Positions 48,107 through 57,260 of a stretch of DNA of 64,000 nt are shown in pieces. The first letter of the stretch is position 1, and each line of letters starts with the position of its first letter. Position numbers and translations under genes: made by a program. The DNA comes from a virus (taxonomy: Duplodnaviria > Caudoviricetes). The DNA lies in IMG/VR virus record IMGVR_UViG_2061766007_002263, one strand, 5' to 3'. The notes beneath the pieces were generated by a model that did not search any database, had not been told where the DNA came from, and saw only the letters and a program-made list of their open reading frames with translations.

Positions 48107-48970
48107 TTATTTTGCCTCTGGATTTCCAGCTTCGGGCTTTGCCTCAGTCTCGTTTTCACTTTGTGCGGGCGTATCTTCGGGCTTCGTTTCCTCAGGTTTT
48201 GCCTCACCTTGATTCTCAGCCGGTTCTTCCGGATTAGTTTCCGTACCTTGTCCGGCGTCTCCTGCTCCTGTGGTTTCTTGATGGTCGTCGTTTCCAGGCT
48301 TGGCTTCGTCGTCTTTAAGAGCGTCGTCAAGCATCTTGATGCTGTTCTCTATGGATGTCTGGATTTCTTCCAAGTCCATCGTAGCATCCGGATTGTCCGG
48401 ATTAGCTTGCTTGATTTTTTCAATCTCGGTATTAACCTCGGACTGAACTTTAATCAGCTCGTCTTTATTGCCTTGTTGTTGTGCGGTTTCGGCGCGTTTC
48501 TCGAACTGCTCAAGCATAAGCATGTGCTGCTCTTCTTCTTTCTGAAGCTGTGCCTCCAAAGCTTTCATCTGCTCCGGATGAAACCGTGCCCTAGCCTCGT
48601 CATATTTTTTGTTCGCATTGATTATATCATTCGTAGCCTTGCTAAGCTGCTCCTTATACTTGGCGAGGTACCTTAAATCTCTCTGCCGTCTGGCATCTGT
48701 AGCCAACGGAGAGGTTTCGATAATCCTTTCCATGCCGGTAAGAGCTTCTATTATTTTCTGGGACGAACTTTCCACCGTAGGAGTGCCTTTGTTAAGCCAT
48801 GCAAGTACTCCATGCAATGACTTGGCTTTCTTGGCATTCCCATTGTTTGCCCCGGCTGCCGCTTCTCTGAAAAACTCTTTACGGAACAAATCTTTTGCGG
48901 ATTCGTCTGTATTCAAAGATTCACAGAGTTCTTCCAGAAGTTCTTTATTGAATTCAACCATTAATTTCAC
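48107..48970 (-). CDS. hypothetical (putative internal head) protein with acidic tail
   Basis: follows the protease gene; LCES/FREA. Confidence 0.7.
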   Translation of the reverse strand: MKLMVEFNKELLEELCESLNTDESAKDLFRKEFFREAAAGANNGNAKKAKSLHGVLAWLNKGTPTVESSSQKIIEALTGMERIIETSPLATDARRQRDLRYLAKYKEQLSKATNDIINANKKYDEARARFHPEQMKALEAQLQKEEEQHMLMLEQFEKRAETAQQQGNKDELIKVQSEVNTEIEKIKQANPDNPDATMDLEEIQTSIENSIKMLDDALKDDEAKPGNDDHQETTGAGDAGQGTETNPEEPAENQGEAKPEETKPEDTPAQSENETEAKPEAGNPEAK

Positions 48971-49046
48971 CTTCTTTTTAAAAACTTGTTTATATATTCA
49001 CGCATGCCCCTCATTTTCACGTGAGGGGCAATGCTTCGGGGGCTTA

Positions 49047-51620
49047 TTACATCAAGCCAAGTGAAGCGGCAAGTGAATCCAATGTATTGTCCGTGTTATT
49101 GCCCTGATAGAAATCAGATGTCTTTCCTTCCGCAGGAACATATGTCTGGCTCTCGTCAAGCAAATCCTGTGCCTCAAGGTCTTTTGCAACCGACATAAAC
49201 ATTCTCTGAGCCTCACGGAGTGAACGCGCGTTGAGGAAAGAGTTCTTGTACGGCTTTATAGCCTCGCCATAGCGGGCTTCAAGGTCGTTGTAATAAGAAG
49301 ATATGTTGCTCTCCATGCTCTTAACATAATTATCAACGCCGTCGCCAAGGCGGTTCTTAAGATTGCTTACCTCACGGCGGAGTATACGGATTTCACGCTG
49401 AGCAGCCTCGTCAAGCTTGGTCATATCAAGCTTAGTTTCAGGCTCCGGCTGTGATTCTTTCATCTTGAATGTATCGAGAGCCGCTTTAAGAGCTTCATTC
49501 TCTTTCTTCATTTCCTCGAATTCAGCTACGTTTACGCAGCCCGCAACAAGTGATTCCTGAAGCTTTTCTTTATTGCTGGACGCGGCTTTTACGGATTCCT
49601 TGAGCTCAAGAATATCATCCCCGGCTTTATCAAGCTTCGCGTTTGCTTCTTTAAGCTGCGTTTTGAGAAGTCCGTTTGCTTTCTCAAGCTTTGCGTTACC
49701 TTCCTTATATGACTCAAGCTCCTGATTTACTTTTGCAAGATTCTCCTGAAGCTCGTATACCTTTGAGCCGGCATTCTCGTCGAGCTCGTTATACTTTTCC
49801 TCAAGTACCCTTATCTGCTCGGAAAGAGAAACAATCTTAGAGTTCTTGTCAAGGTCGAGACTGTCGTTCGTAGCCTCAGCAAGCTCAAGCTTTGCTTTCA
49901 ATGACTTATACTCATTGACAATCTGCTGGTTGCGCTTTACAACAGCCTCGCAGAGTTTCTTGTAGTCATGTACCTGCTCAACGAGAAGCTTTCCAGACTG
50001 CATGATTGACTTGGCGGACTCGTTAGCCTCGTGAAGTGAGCTTACGTTAAGCTCTTCCTTTATCTTCTGGGCTTCCATAATGTCATTGTTGAGCTTGAGG
50101 TTAAGGTCATTCATAACCTTTCCGGCGCTCTCTTCCAAATCAGTAAACTTGCAGCTCCTTACGAGGTTTACGATTTCTTTTGCTTCTGCAAGAGCAAACA
50201 GCGTATTTTCTTTTGTGAAATCCTTATTGAGGAATTCATTGATGTGCTCACGGAGAACTTTAGCTTGTTCGTCTGAAAGCTTGCTCTCAAGGAACTCGTC
50301 ATCAACTTCATCCCCGACATTATCGCCTAGAACGTCGTTAGCGGCAGTATCAATTGTTGCGTCAACGTCCTTATCTCCTACGGCAAGCGTAGCTCCCGGT
50401 TCATCCGGAAGAATGGTTTCTTTCGTATCAACCAAGGGCTCAGCCGGGAGCTCAGGCTCAACCGGAACTGGTGATTCTTCAACTACGGGCTCGTCAACTT
50501 TGACTACAGTATCGCCATTTGACTGAACTGTTACGTCTGTCTGAGGAGCGTCCTGTGTTACGGTAACAGTTGTTTCTTTCATCTTGAGGCCAAACTCTAC
50601 CATTTCCTCAATCTTTTTCTGCGCTTCCTTGAGTCTTTCCTCAACGTTGTCCTCAAGGTCTGTGAGCTGTCCTTCCTGGATAAGCTTCTGTATTTCTTTC
50701 AAATCATCAAGCTGCTTGATAGGGTTCGTGATTTCCAAGTTCTCTTTGAGATAGTTATTGATGTATTTACGGAGCTCTTTTTCCTCAATCTTTGAGAGAG
50801 CCGACTTAACGCCTGTTTCTTTCGCGTCCATTGATATGTTCTCCTGAATTTTGTTTTCTGATTTGTTCTCGACGGATTCTGAAACTACCGTCTTCTTTGT
50901 ATATTCAATATTGCCAAGGTTGGTCTCGTTGTTTATAACGCCATAAACCGACTGTGACGGATTCAATACAACGTCCGCCAGACGCTCAATCTGGTATGTA
51001 TCCGGATTAACCGTCTCGCCGTCGTCCATGAGCTCACCGAATCCGGAAGAGCTGAATCCTACACGTCCACCAGCGTCAATGATTTCCTGCGCGAGATGAC
51101 CATACGTGCCAACAAATGTTCCGATTCCATAGACAAGATTGTTTTTATAGTCAATATCCATTCCAAGCCAGACTATGCTGCTGTTCTTGAAACTTCCTGG
51201 GTCTGAATCATCCGTAGGGTGATCCGCTAAACCACACAGACCCTTCCAACTGTCTTCCTGATTGTTCATTACGTTTTCCCACAGTTTCGCGGTATATCGT
51301 CTGTGGTTTCCGTTCAACGTTCCTGGTGGGTTAATACGCGCTACAGGCAATCTATAAATCCTGTGCTTGTTTACGTCCACCCCGCCCTCTTTCAGCTTAT
51401 TTATTACTTTCTGGACAATCAAATCGTCCACCTGAGCCTCACGAAGAACTTTAAGAACTTGATTCACACGAAGCGACTCAAGCATCTTCGATTTGCCTTT
51501 GGACGAATTAAGCTCGGTAATCCGGGCGTTCATGGACTCCTTGATAGCCGCAGGCGCGGAATCCGTAATGTCCCTGTAATAGCTGTTGGGCATTGTAAGT
51601 GTTTCTCTTAAATGCAACAT
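49047..51620 (-). CDS. prohead protease (T4 gp21-like) fused to a coiled-coil scaffold/core domain
   Basis: NGNHRRY, GLADHP, VGFSSSGFG, DVVLNPS; long coiled coil rich in (L/I)xE; start moved to MLHLRE (GGAG RBS). Confidence 0.85.
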   Translation of the reverse strand: MLHLRETLTMPNSYYRDITDSAPAAIKESMNARITELNSSKGKSKMLESLRVNQVLKVLREAQVDDLIVQKVINKLKEGGVDVNKHRIYRLPVARINPPGTLNGNHRRYTAKLWENVMNNQEDSWKGLCGLADHPTDDSDPGSFKNSSIVWLGMDIDYKNNLVYGIGTFVGTYGHLAQEIIDAGGRVGFSSSGFGELMDDGETVNPDTYQIERLADVVLNPSQSVYGVINNETNLGNIEYTKKTVVSESVENKSENKIQENISMDAKETGVKSALSKIEEKELRKYINNYLKENLEITNPIKQLDDLKEIQKLIQEGQLTDLEDNVEERLKEAQKKIEEMVEFGLKMKETTVTVTQDAPQTDVTVQSNGDTVVKVDEPVVEESPVPVEPELPAEPLVDTKETILPDEPGATLAVGDKDVDATIDTAANDVLGDNVGDEVDDEFLESKLSDEQAKVLREHINEFLNKDFTKENTLFALAEAKEIVNLVRSCKFTDLEESAGKVMNDLNLKLNNDIMEAQKIKEELNVSSLHEANESAKSIMQSGKLLVEQVHDYKKLCEAVVKRNQQIVNEYKSLKAKLELAEATNDSLDLDKNSKIVSLSEQIRVLEEKYNELDENAGSKVYELQENLAKVNQELESYKEGNAKLEKANGLLKTQLKEANAKLDKAGDDILELKESVKAASSNKEKLQESLVAGCVNVAEFEEMKKENEALKAALDTFKMKESQPEPETKLDMTKLDEAAQREIRILRREVSNLKNRLGDGVDNYVKSMESNISSYYNDLEARYGEAIKPYKNSFLNARSLREAQRMFMSVAKDLEAQDLLDESQTYVPAEGKTSDFYQGNNTDNTLDSLAASLGLM

Positions 51621-51732
51621 TCTTTTTACTCCATATATCTGGCATTTTAGCCACACGAGGTTTTTAATGCGTATTTTCCGGATAAAAAGACATCTATCCC
51701 CTTGTCCAAAAACTACATACTATAATTAGTTA

Positions 51733-53256
51733 GTGGTAATTCAATTCAAAACTTTAATATCTAAAGATATAAAGGAGAAAAATCTTTTGAAATGTCTCGC
51801 ATGCGGTAAAGATTGTAAAAACAAGTTTTGTCATACATGTATGATAATCAAATCAAAAAAGCATTTCTCAGACGACGAGCTTATACAGTTCAAAAAGCTC
51901 AAAGAATCAAAGATATCAAGCGTAAACGAGCTCAACAACAAGCTTTTTCAAAAGAATACCGTAATAAAGTTCAATTGCATAAAATGTGGCAAAGAATATT
52001 CCGGTCTATATCGTAACATGAAAAACAAAACTGAGCTTCTGTGTGCGCAGTGCGAGCTTGAGAAAGCCAACATGAACAAATATGGCGTGAAAAATGTTTT
52101 TCAGACTGAATCATGCAAATCAAAGATACGCGAGTCAGTAAAAAACAAATACGGAGTCGAGTGTTACCTGCAAACAGACGAAGCAAGAAAAGCAAGGAAA
52201 CGAGTCGATATAGACCACATGAAAGAACGCACCGACAATACGCTCAATCAATACTGCTCCAAGATAGAATATGACGAAACATACAATGTACGTATCAAAG
52301 ACGACTCAGGCATGCTGCATTATCAGAAAATAAACTGCACGTGCGCGTCTTGTGGAAAACAATATATTACGAATGTAAGGGTTCTACAAAGATGCCCTGC
52401 TTGTTTCCCTGAAGATTGGATGAACGGTACGTCCAAACTTGAAAAGTTTATCTACGAATACATATCCGGCATAAGCCCATACCCCGTAATACATAACGCA
52501 TTCGATGTATTGAAAAACAAAGAGCTCGACATCTACATACCGGACATTAACCTCGCATTTGAAGTTGACGGAGATTACTGGCATGGATGCAAATCAACCG
52601 ACAAACAAGTTTTCAACGATATAAAGAATCATTCCGGCGACAAGCAGAAAGAATGCTATAAGAAAGGCATCCGGCTCATAACAATAAAGGAGTGTGATTT
52701 CAGGAACCGACCCGAAGTATTCAAAAGGTTTATAAATGATTTGGTGCTGCCACGAAGAAAAATATACGCGAGGCAATGCAGCATTTACCAGATTGATACA
52801 AAAACCGCAAGGGATTTCTGCGAATATTACCATGTGAACGGCTACAGACAAGGTTCTGAAAAGTATGGATTATTCTATAACAATGAGCTGATATGCGTCG
52901 CCGTATTCGGAAAACATCCTAAGCACCAATACGAATGCATGCGATTATGCTACAAGACCGGCTACGACATAACCGGCGGATGGGCTAAAATTGTCAAGCA
53001 TTTTGGAAAACCTTTCATACACTACGTGAACCTTATGTATTTCATGGGCGAAGACAAAACAGGCATAGGGTACAGATTTAGTAAAGGCGACAGGACTCTA
53101 TCCAGGAACACATTACAAAAGCATACACAGCTTTATAAGTATTGCAAGGACATAAACCCGGATTTCTCGGACGTACAGAACTGCATTCATAACGGTTTCC
53201 TCGCTATATTCGACTGTGGAAACGACATAAGATTCTATAACCAGAGCAAGAATTAA
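51733..53256 (+). CDS. putative homing endonuclease (zinc fingers, KYGV repeats, PD-(D/E)XK, C-terminal GNAT/Mom-like region)
   Basis: CxxC pairs; ELDIYIP..LAFEVDGDYWH; RKIYAR..C...H..G...GL. Confidence 0.7.
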   Translation: MVIQFKTLISKDIKEKNLLKCLACGKDCKNKFCHTCMIIKSKKHFSDDELIQFKKLKESKISSVNELNNKLFQKNTVIKFNCIKCGKEYSGLYRNMKNKTELLCAQCELEKANMNKYGVKNVFQTESCKSKIRESVKNKYGVECYLQTDEARKARKRVDIDHMKERTDNTLNQYCSKIEYDETYNVRIKDDSGMLHYQKINCTCASCGKQYITNVRVLQRCPACFPEDWMNGTSKLEKFIYEYISGISPYPVIHNAFDVLKNKELDIYIPDINLAFEVDGDYWHGCKSTDKQVFNDIKNHSGDKQKECYKKGIRLITIKECDFRNRPEVFKRFINDLVLPRRKIYARQCSIYQIDTKTARDFCEYYHVNGYRQGSEKYGLFYNNELICVAVFGKHPKHQYECMRLCYKTGYDITGGWAKIVKHFGKPFIHYVNLMYFMGEDKTGIGYRFSKGDRTLSRNTLQKHTQLYKYCKDINPDFSDVQNCIHNGFLAIFDCGNDIRFYNQSKN

Positions 53257-53291
53257 AAACGCCGTCCTTTTCTTAGACGGCGTTTCAGTCA

Positions 53292-54032
53292 TTAATACCT
53301 TGCTGACATGTAAAAGTTCTTAGGGTTCATTTCGTCAGGAATGTTGTACACATAAAAATATGTACCATTATTAAGCTCTGTATTTACCGCGGACACTAAG
53401 CCGTCTTCGGAGCCGTCTGAAAAGAACGGCTGACGGCTTATACATATCTGCCGGAACTCTTGTGTAACAGTAAAGAACGGTTCATTTGACTGATATGCCA
53501 CAAGCTTGCTTTCTTTATCGTCGTCAAGATATCTCAATATCATTTTTCCGTCAGCTTCCATTTCGTTGTTGTATATACGGAAAATTACAACGTCGTTTTC
53601 CAGAACGCCGCGTTTCTCAAAATAGTTCTTGGTACGGTCACGTCTATTGTCCGGGTTCGCTTTGTCCGGATTATGCTCATTCGACTCCAGATAAAACCCA
53701 AGATTTGTCAGAATCTGTCTTTCTTGACCCGTTTGCGGGCGATAAACGCGATGCGTCGCCGTATACTGAGGAATAAGCGTAAGTTTGTCTGTGTTGAATG
53801 TAAACCGATATGGAGCTTCTGTTTTTCTTGGGAAATCAAGCCTCAACGAAAGGTTATATTCATGTTTTTCAAAAGTATCATGGCCATTTACAATCTCCGA
53901 AGAAAACTCCAAATTCTCAAGCTGCTCAAAAAACATATGCCTTATCTTGGTATTAGTCGTAATGTCATTCTCGTCGAATTTTTTCTGGGAAATTTCGGAG
54001 TGCCGCTCCACCCATTCTGAAAGTTTGCTCAT
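53292..54032 (-). CDS. hypothetical protein
   Basis: 246-aa ORF, GGAGG RBS. Confidence 0.8.
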   Translation of the reverse strand: MSKLSEWVERHSEISQKKFDENDITTNTKIRHMFFEQLENLEFSSEIVNGHDTFEKHEYNLSLRLDFPRKTEAPYRFTFNTDKLTLIPQYTATHRVYRPQTGQERQILTNLGFYLESNEHNPDKANPDNRRDRTKNYFEKRGVLENDVVIFRIYNNEMEADGKMILRYLDDDKESKLVAYQSNEPFFTVTQEFRQICISRQPFFSDGSEDGLVSAVNTELNNGTYFYVYNIPDEMNPKNFYMSARY

Positions 54033-54036
54033 TTAT

Positions 54037-54237
54037 TTATTTTTCCTCCTGCCAATCCTTTGCCGCGAAATCAACCAACGTAAGCTTTCTACGGGACCAT
54101 TCGAATTTCTCATTGTCCCAATAGTCAAACTCCGAGAAACCTTTCCCGGTATCCACAAGGGAAATGTAATCCCGTTTTGCCCATGACGCGCGGCGGATTT
54201 TAGTTTTTTTAGCTTTGACCAGTTCAAAAAATGTCAT
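54037..54237 (-). CDS. DUF2829/Tad2-like small protein
   Basis: MTF.E...KIRRASW...DFAAKDW signature. Confidence 0.55.
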   Translation of the reverse strand: MTFFELVKAKKTKIRRASWAKRDYISLVDTGKGFSEFDYWDNEKFEWSRRKLTLVDFAAKDWQEEK

Positions 54238-54357
54238 ACAGACAATTAGCGGTTAAACAAACTTTTCAGAATATCATTTAATATGAATTTCGAAAGAAAC
54301 GCATCCGGAGCGTTCCGTTCAAAAATAATTTTTCCGGAAAAAGAGGTGATTTACACA

Positions 54358-54534
54358 ATGGTTACGGTACAAGTCGAAAATGACAACATTGAGCTCGCAT
54401 TGCGCAAGTTCAAAAAGGCTATCGAAAAAGAATGCGTCCTTGATGAATACAAGAAACGCAGATACTTCGTCAAGCCTTCCACTATTCGACATCAGAAAAA
54501 AGTTGCCGCAAAACGTCAGCTCCACAAGAAGTAA
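54358..54534 (+). CDS. rpsU: 30S ribosomal protein bS21 (phage-encoded)
   Basis: IELALRKFKK...KKRRYFVKPS; GAGGTG RBS. Confidence 0.9.
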   Translation: MVTVQVENDNIELALRKFKKAIEKECVLDEYKKRRYFVKPSTIRHQKKVAAKRQLHKK

Positions 54535-54646
54535 AAGACTCCGAGCTGGCAAAAAAAGAACCCGGATTATTATATCCGGGTTTTCGTGTTTTAAAATAAA
54601 TATTTTTAAACATTACCATGAATGTTTTTTAAATACCCTATGTATA

Positions 54647-55069
54647 CTACTTTATTCTTTCACGGACTTCACGCAAGTCATCCTTAACATGCTCCATATC
54701 CGTCTTTACCGAAGCCATGTCCGTTCTCAGAACATTGACTGAATTGTTAACTTCGTCGATTTTGTCAAGACGAAGATTAAACTTCTCGATAGCTTCCTTC
54801 AAATTCTCTTCTTGTTTAAGATAATTTGCTTTGCTAATCTGCTTTTCTTCATCCAATTCTTTCTCCAGACGCTCAACTTTCGTATCTACATCTTTCTGAA
54901 GATTGTCCGCTTTCTCGTCCAAGTCGCTTTTAAGATTGATGAGCTTTTCGTCGTGCGAATCCAATCTGGACTTAATGCGCTCTTTGAATGTTACGATACC
55001 GGCAATAAAGCCGATAATCATAAACACCAAAGAAACAAGCCCCAATAAATTGTTCAAAAACCATTCCAT
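54647..55069 (-). CDS. membrane-anchored coiled-coil protein (holin-like?)
   Basis: N-terminal TM helix then heptads. Confidence 0.65.
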   Translation of the reverse strand: MEWFLNNLLGLVSLVFMIIGFIAGIVTFKERIKSRLDSHDEKLINLKSDLDEKADNLQKDVDTKVERLEKELDEEKQISKANYLKQEENLKEAIEKFNLRLDKIDEVNNSVNVLRTDMASVKTDMEHVKDDLREVRERIK

Positions 55070-55207
55070 AGTAATGTGTCCCTTAATAGATTAAGTGTAA
55101 TCATGATTCAAGGAATAAGACCCAGCACAACAAAATGCTGATATCCGATTTTGCCTCTCTCCTATCGTCATTTAATTAGTGGTAACTTGATTTTAATTTT
55201 AAATTCT

Positions 55208-56683
55208 CTACTGATTGGACAGGCACTTCCTGACTATCATCAAGTCCTTGTCATTAGCCCTGACAAACTGTATGCCCTTGTTCATCTGCGCATCGCTGAC
55301 CTCGCCCTCTCCGGCATTGGCTATTTTTTTGGTATACAGCTCCTTAGTCCTCGTACCTTTAGAATCCTCACTGTCAAGCTCCTGCAGAATTATCTCTATC
55401 TCCTCACGGTCGTCCTCTATCTGCTTCTGGTACTTGTTTATTTTCTTGGTATCAGACTCCATGGCTATCTTTCTCTCAAGCTCGTCTATCTCGTCCTCAA
55501 GTTTCTGTATCTTCTTGTCATGCTTGTATACGTCATAACCAGATACGCCTTTGATTTTACGATAATTCGGGTCCTCATACTTACGCGCGTCGTACCTCGT
55601 GTCATCGGATTCCATACCAAGTACATCCGGAATAAAATGTCCGGCATTATATACTTTCTCCAAATCATTGTCCAGTTTGGTACGGTTAAATACATGACTC
55701 AAAGTGTCCACGGTATTTTTCCAATCCTCATCATCACCATTCGCGTTCTTGTTAAGATAATCCACGAACTGTCCGGCGGACGTATCTTTCCAATAGTCTA
55801 TGTCGCTCGACTGCTTGTTAAGCCTTGTGTGTTTATAAGTGTCATGGTCAAAATGTTTGTTCAAGCCCCGTACAGTAGTGCTGAAGGACTTCTTGGATTT
55901 CACGTTCTCAAGCTCCGTATTCAATACGCTGCTGTTGGCGGCACATGTTGCTACCATGAAACCAAGGTATTTCTCGAATTCGTCTTTAGGATGAAACGAG
56001 CTGTTCGGCTTGATTACTTCCGACTCATTACGGAATTTTTCCGCTTCCTTGGTCAGCGCGTTCATTACCGGCAGGGTCTTGAGCTCATACTGCATGTATA
56101 TACCGTTGGCATAGACTACGTTGGAGCTCCTTATTTTTTGATATCCTGTTCCGGTTATCATGTCTACCGGCGTAAAAAGTCGGTTCCCTTTATTCGCCTC
56201 TATGAGGTTCTTGAGCTTATGCCATGAACCAACATGGTCATAGAAATCCTGTCCAACCTCGTCTGATTTGAGCTTATAGAAATCTTTTATAACGTCTATT
56301 CCGGCAATGTTGTTTCCAAGCCCGGAATTGACATAATCACGTGTCATCTTGGAGAAAATTGTGCATTGTATAGTGTCTTTGATAAACGACGGAAGGACTT
56401 TCAGGTTCCTATATGCATTACGATGAAGGTTGTAATCGTCCAGGGCTTGTTTGTAATAGTCAATCATACTTTTGGACAAGCCCTTGCATGTATTGTCGAA
56501 CACAAGGAACGGAAACGGGTCAAAAACGAAATAGGTATTAAGCCCGATGTACGAGCTGTCCGTTCCTATGGTTTTCGTATCTTCCTGAAACAAATCTCCG
56601 ACTATATTATCCATGGTAGATTCCATCTCAGTCTCCACCAACATATTCCTCAAATATTCCTCAAGCTCATTCATTACTGTCAT
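55208..56683 (-). CDS. hypothetical protein
   Basis: long ORF; start MTVM after AGGAG. Confidence 0.8.
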   Translation of the reverse strand: MTVMNELEEYLRNMLVETEMESTMDNIVGDLFQEDTKTIGTDSSYIGLNTYFVFDPFPFLVFDNTCKGLSKSMIDYYKQALDDYNLHRNAYRNLKVLPSFIKDTIQCTIFSKMTRDYVNSGLGNNIAGIDVIKDFYKLKSDEVGQDFYDHVGSWHKLKNLIEANKGNRLFTPVDMITGTGYQKIRSSNVVYANGIYMQYELKTLPVMNALTKEAEKFRNESEVIKPNSSFHPKDEFEKYLGFMVATCAANSSVLNTELENVKSKKSFSTTVRGLNKHFDHDTYKHTRLNKQSSDIDYWKDTSAGQFVDYLNKNANGDDEDWKNTVDTLSHVFNRTKLDNDLEKVYNAGHFIPDVLGMESDDTRYDARKYEDPNYRKIKGVSGYDVYKHDKKIQKLEDEIDELERKIAMESDTKKINKYQKQIEDDREEIEIILQELDSEDSKGTRTKELYTKKIANAGEGEVSDAQMNKGIQFVRANDKDLMIVRKCLSNQ

Positions 56684-57260
56684 TCTCCTGTTTGAACGCG
56701 ACATCCAGTTTCTGAGCGAGCTTAGGTATATAAAGCTCCATATCACCGGCTATCTGCGCCAAATGCTTTGTAAGATGTATGTTCTTATTAGTTAGTCCTC
56801 CAGAGCTCATATGCCTGTCATTCCATATTCCGTTACCCTTGGGTCCGGGAAACTTGAATATACTCAGGTCATTCAAATCCAAACCTTCCCAGCACCCCTG
56901 CATTGAAAAAGAAGGGTCGCTGGAATATAACCTTACATTGCATTTATAAATTACATTACGGAGCATTTCCTCAACTTTGGAATATTTCGCTTTCTTGGGG
57001 TCTTCGGTAAAATACTTGTCCACGTCATACCATCTGAAAACTATGTCGTATGTGCCCCCACCATCCGTAGCATCGGCTTTGAACCATGCCTCATAGTATT
57101 TTTCGCCTACGTTATAAAAGCTCGACTGCACATCAACCTTGCTGTCGCCGTAATGTTTCCTGTAATCCAAAAAACTTTGAGTGGCATTAGAGACGCCGGT
57201 TTTCAAAAGCTCATTAATCGTTGTTTCCATAAGAAGAGATAACATTATGGTCTTCCTCAT
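56667..57260 (-). CDS. hypothetical protein downstream of portal (degenerate SWIM-like motif)
   Basis: VRLYSSDPSF...LTKHL. Confidence 0.72.
   Translation of the reverse strand: MRKTIMLSLLMETTINELLKTGVSNATQSFLDYRKHYGDSKVDVQSSFYNVGEKYYEAWFKADATDGGGTYDIVFRWYDVDKYFTEDPKKAKYSKVEEMLRNVIYKCNVRLYSSDPSFSMQGCWEGLDLNDLSIFKFPGPKGNGIWNDRHMSSGGLTNKNIHLTKHLAQIAGDMELYIPKLAQKLDVAFKQENDSNE

Noticed and set aside
48041-56227. Long plus-strand ORFs 48041..48676 and 55151..56227
   Set aside because: Antisense to charged, codon-biased genes; their hydrophobic look is an artefact of that.
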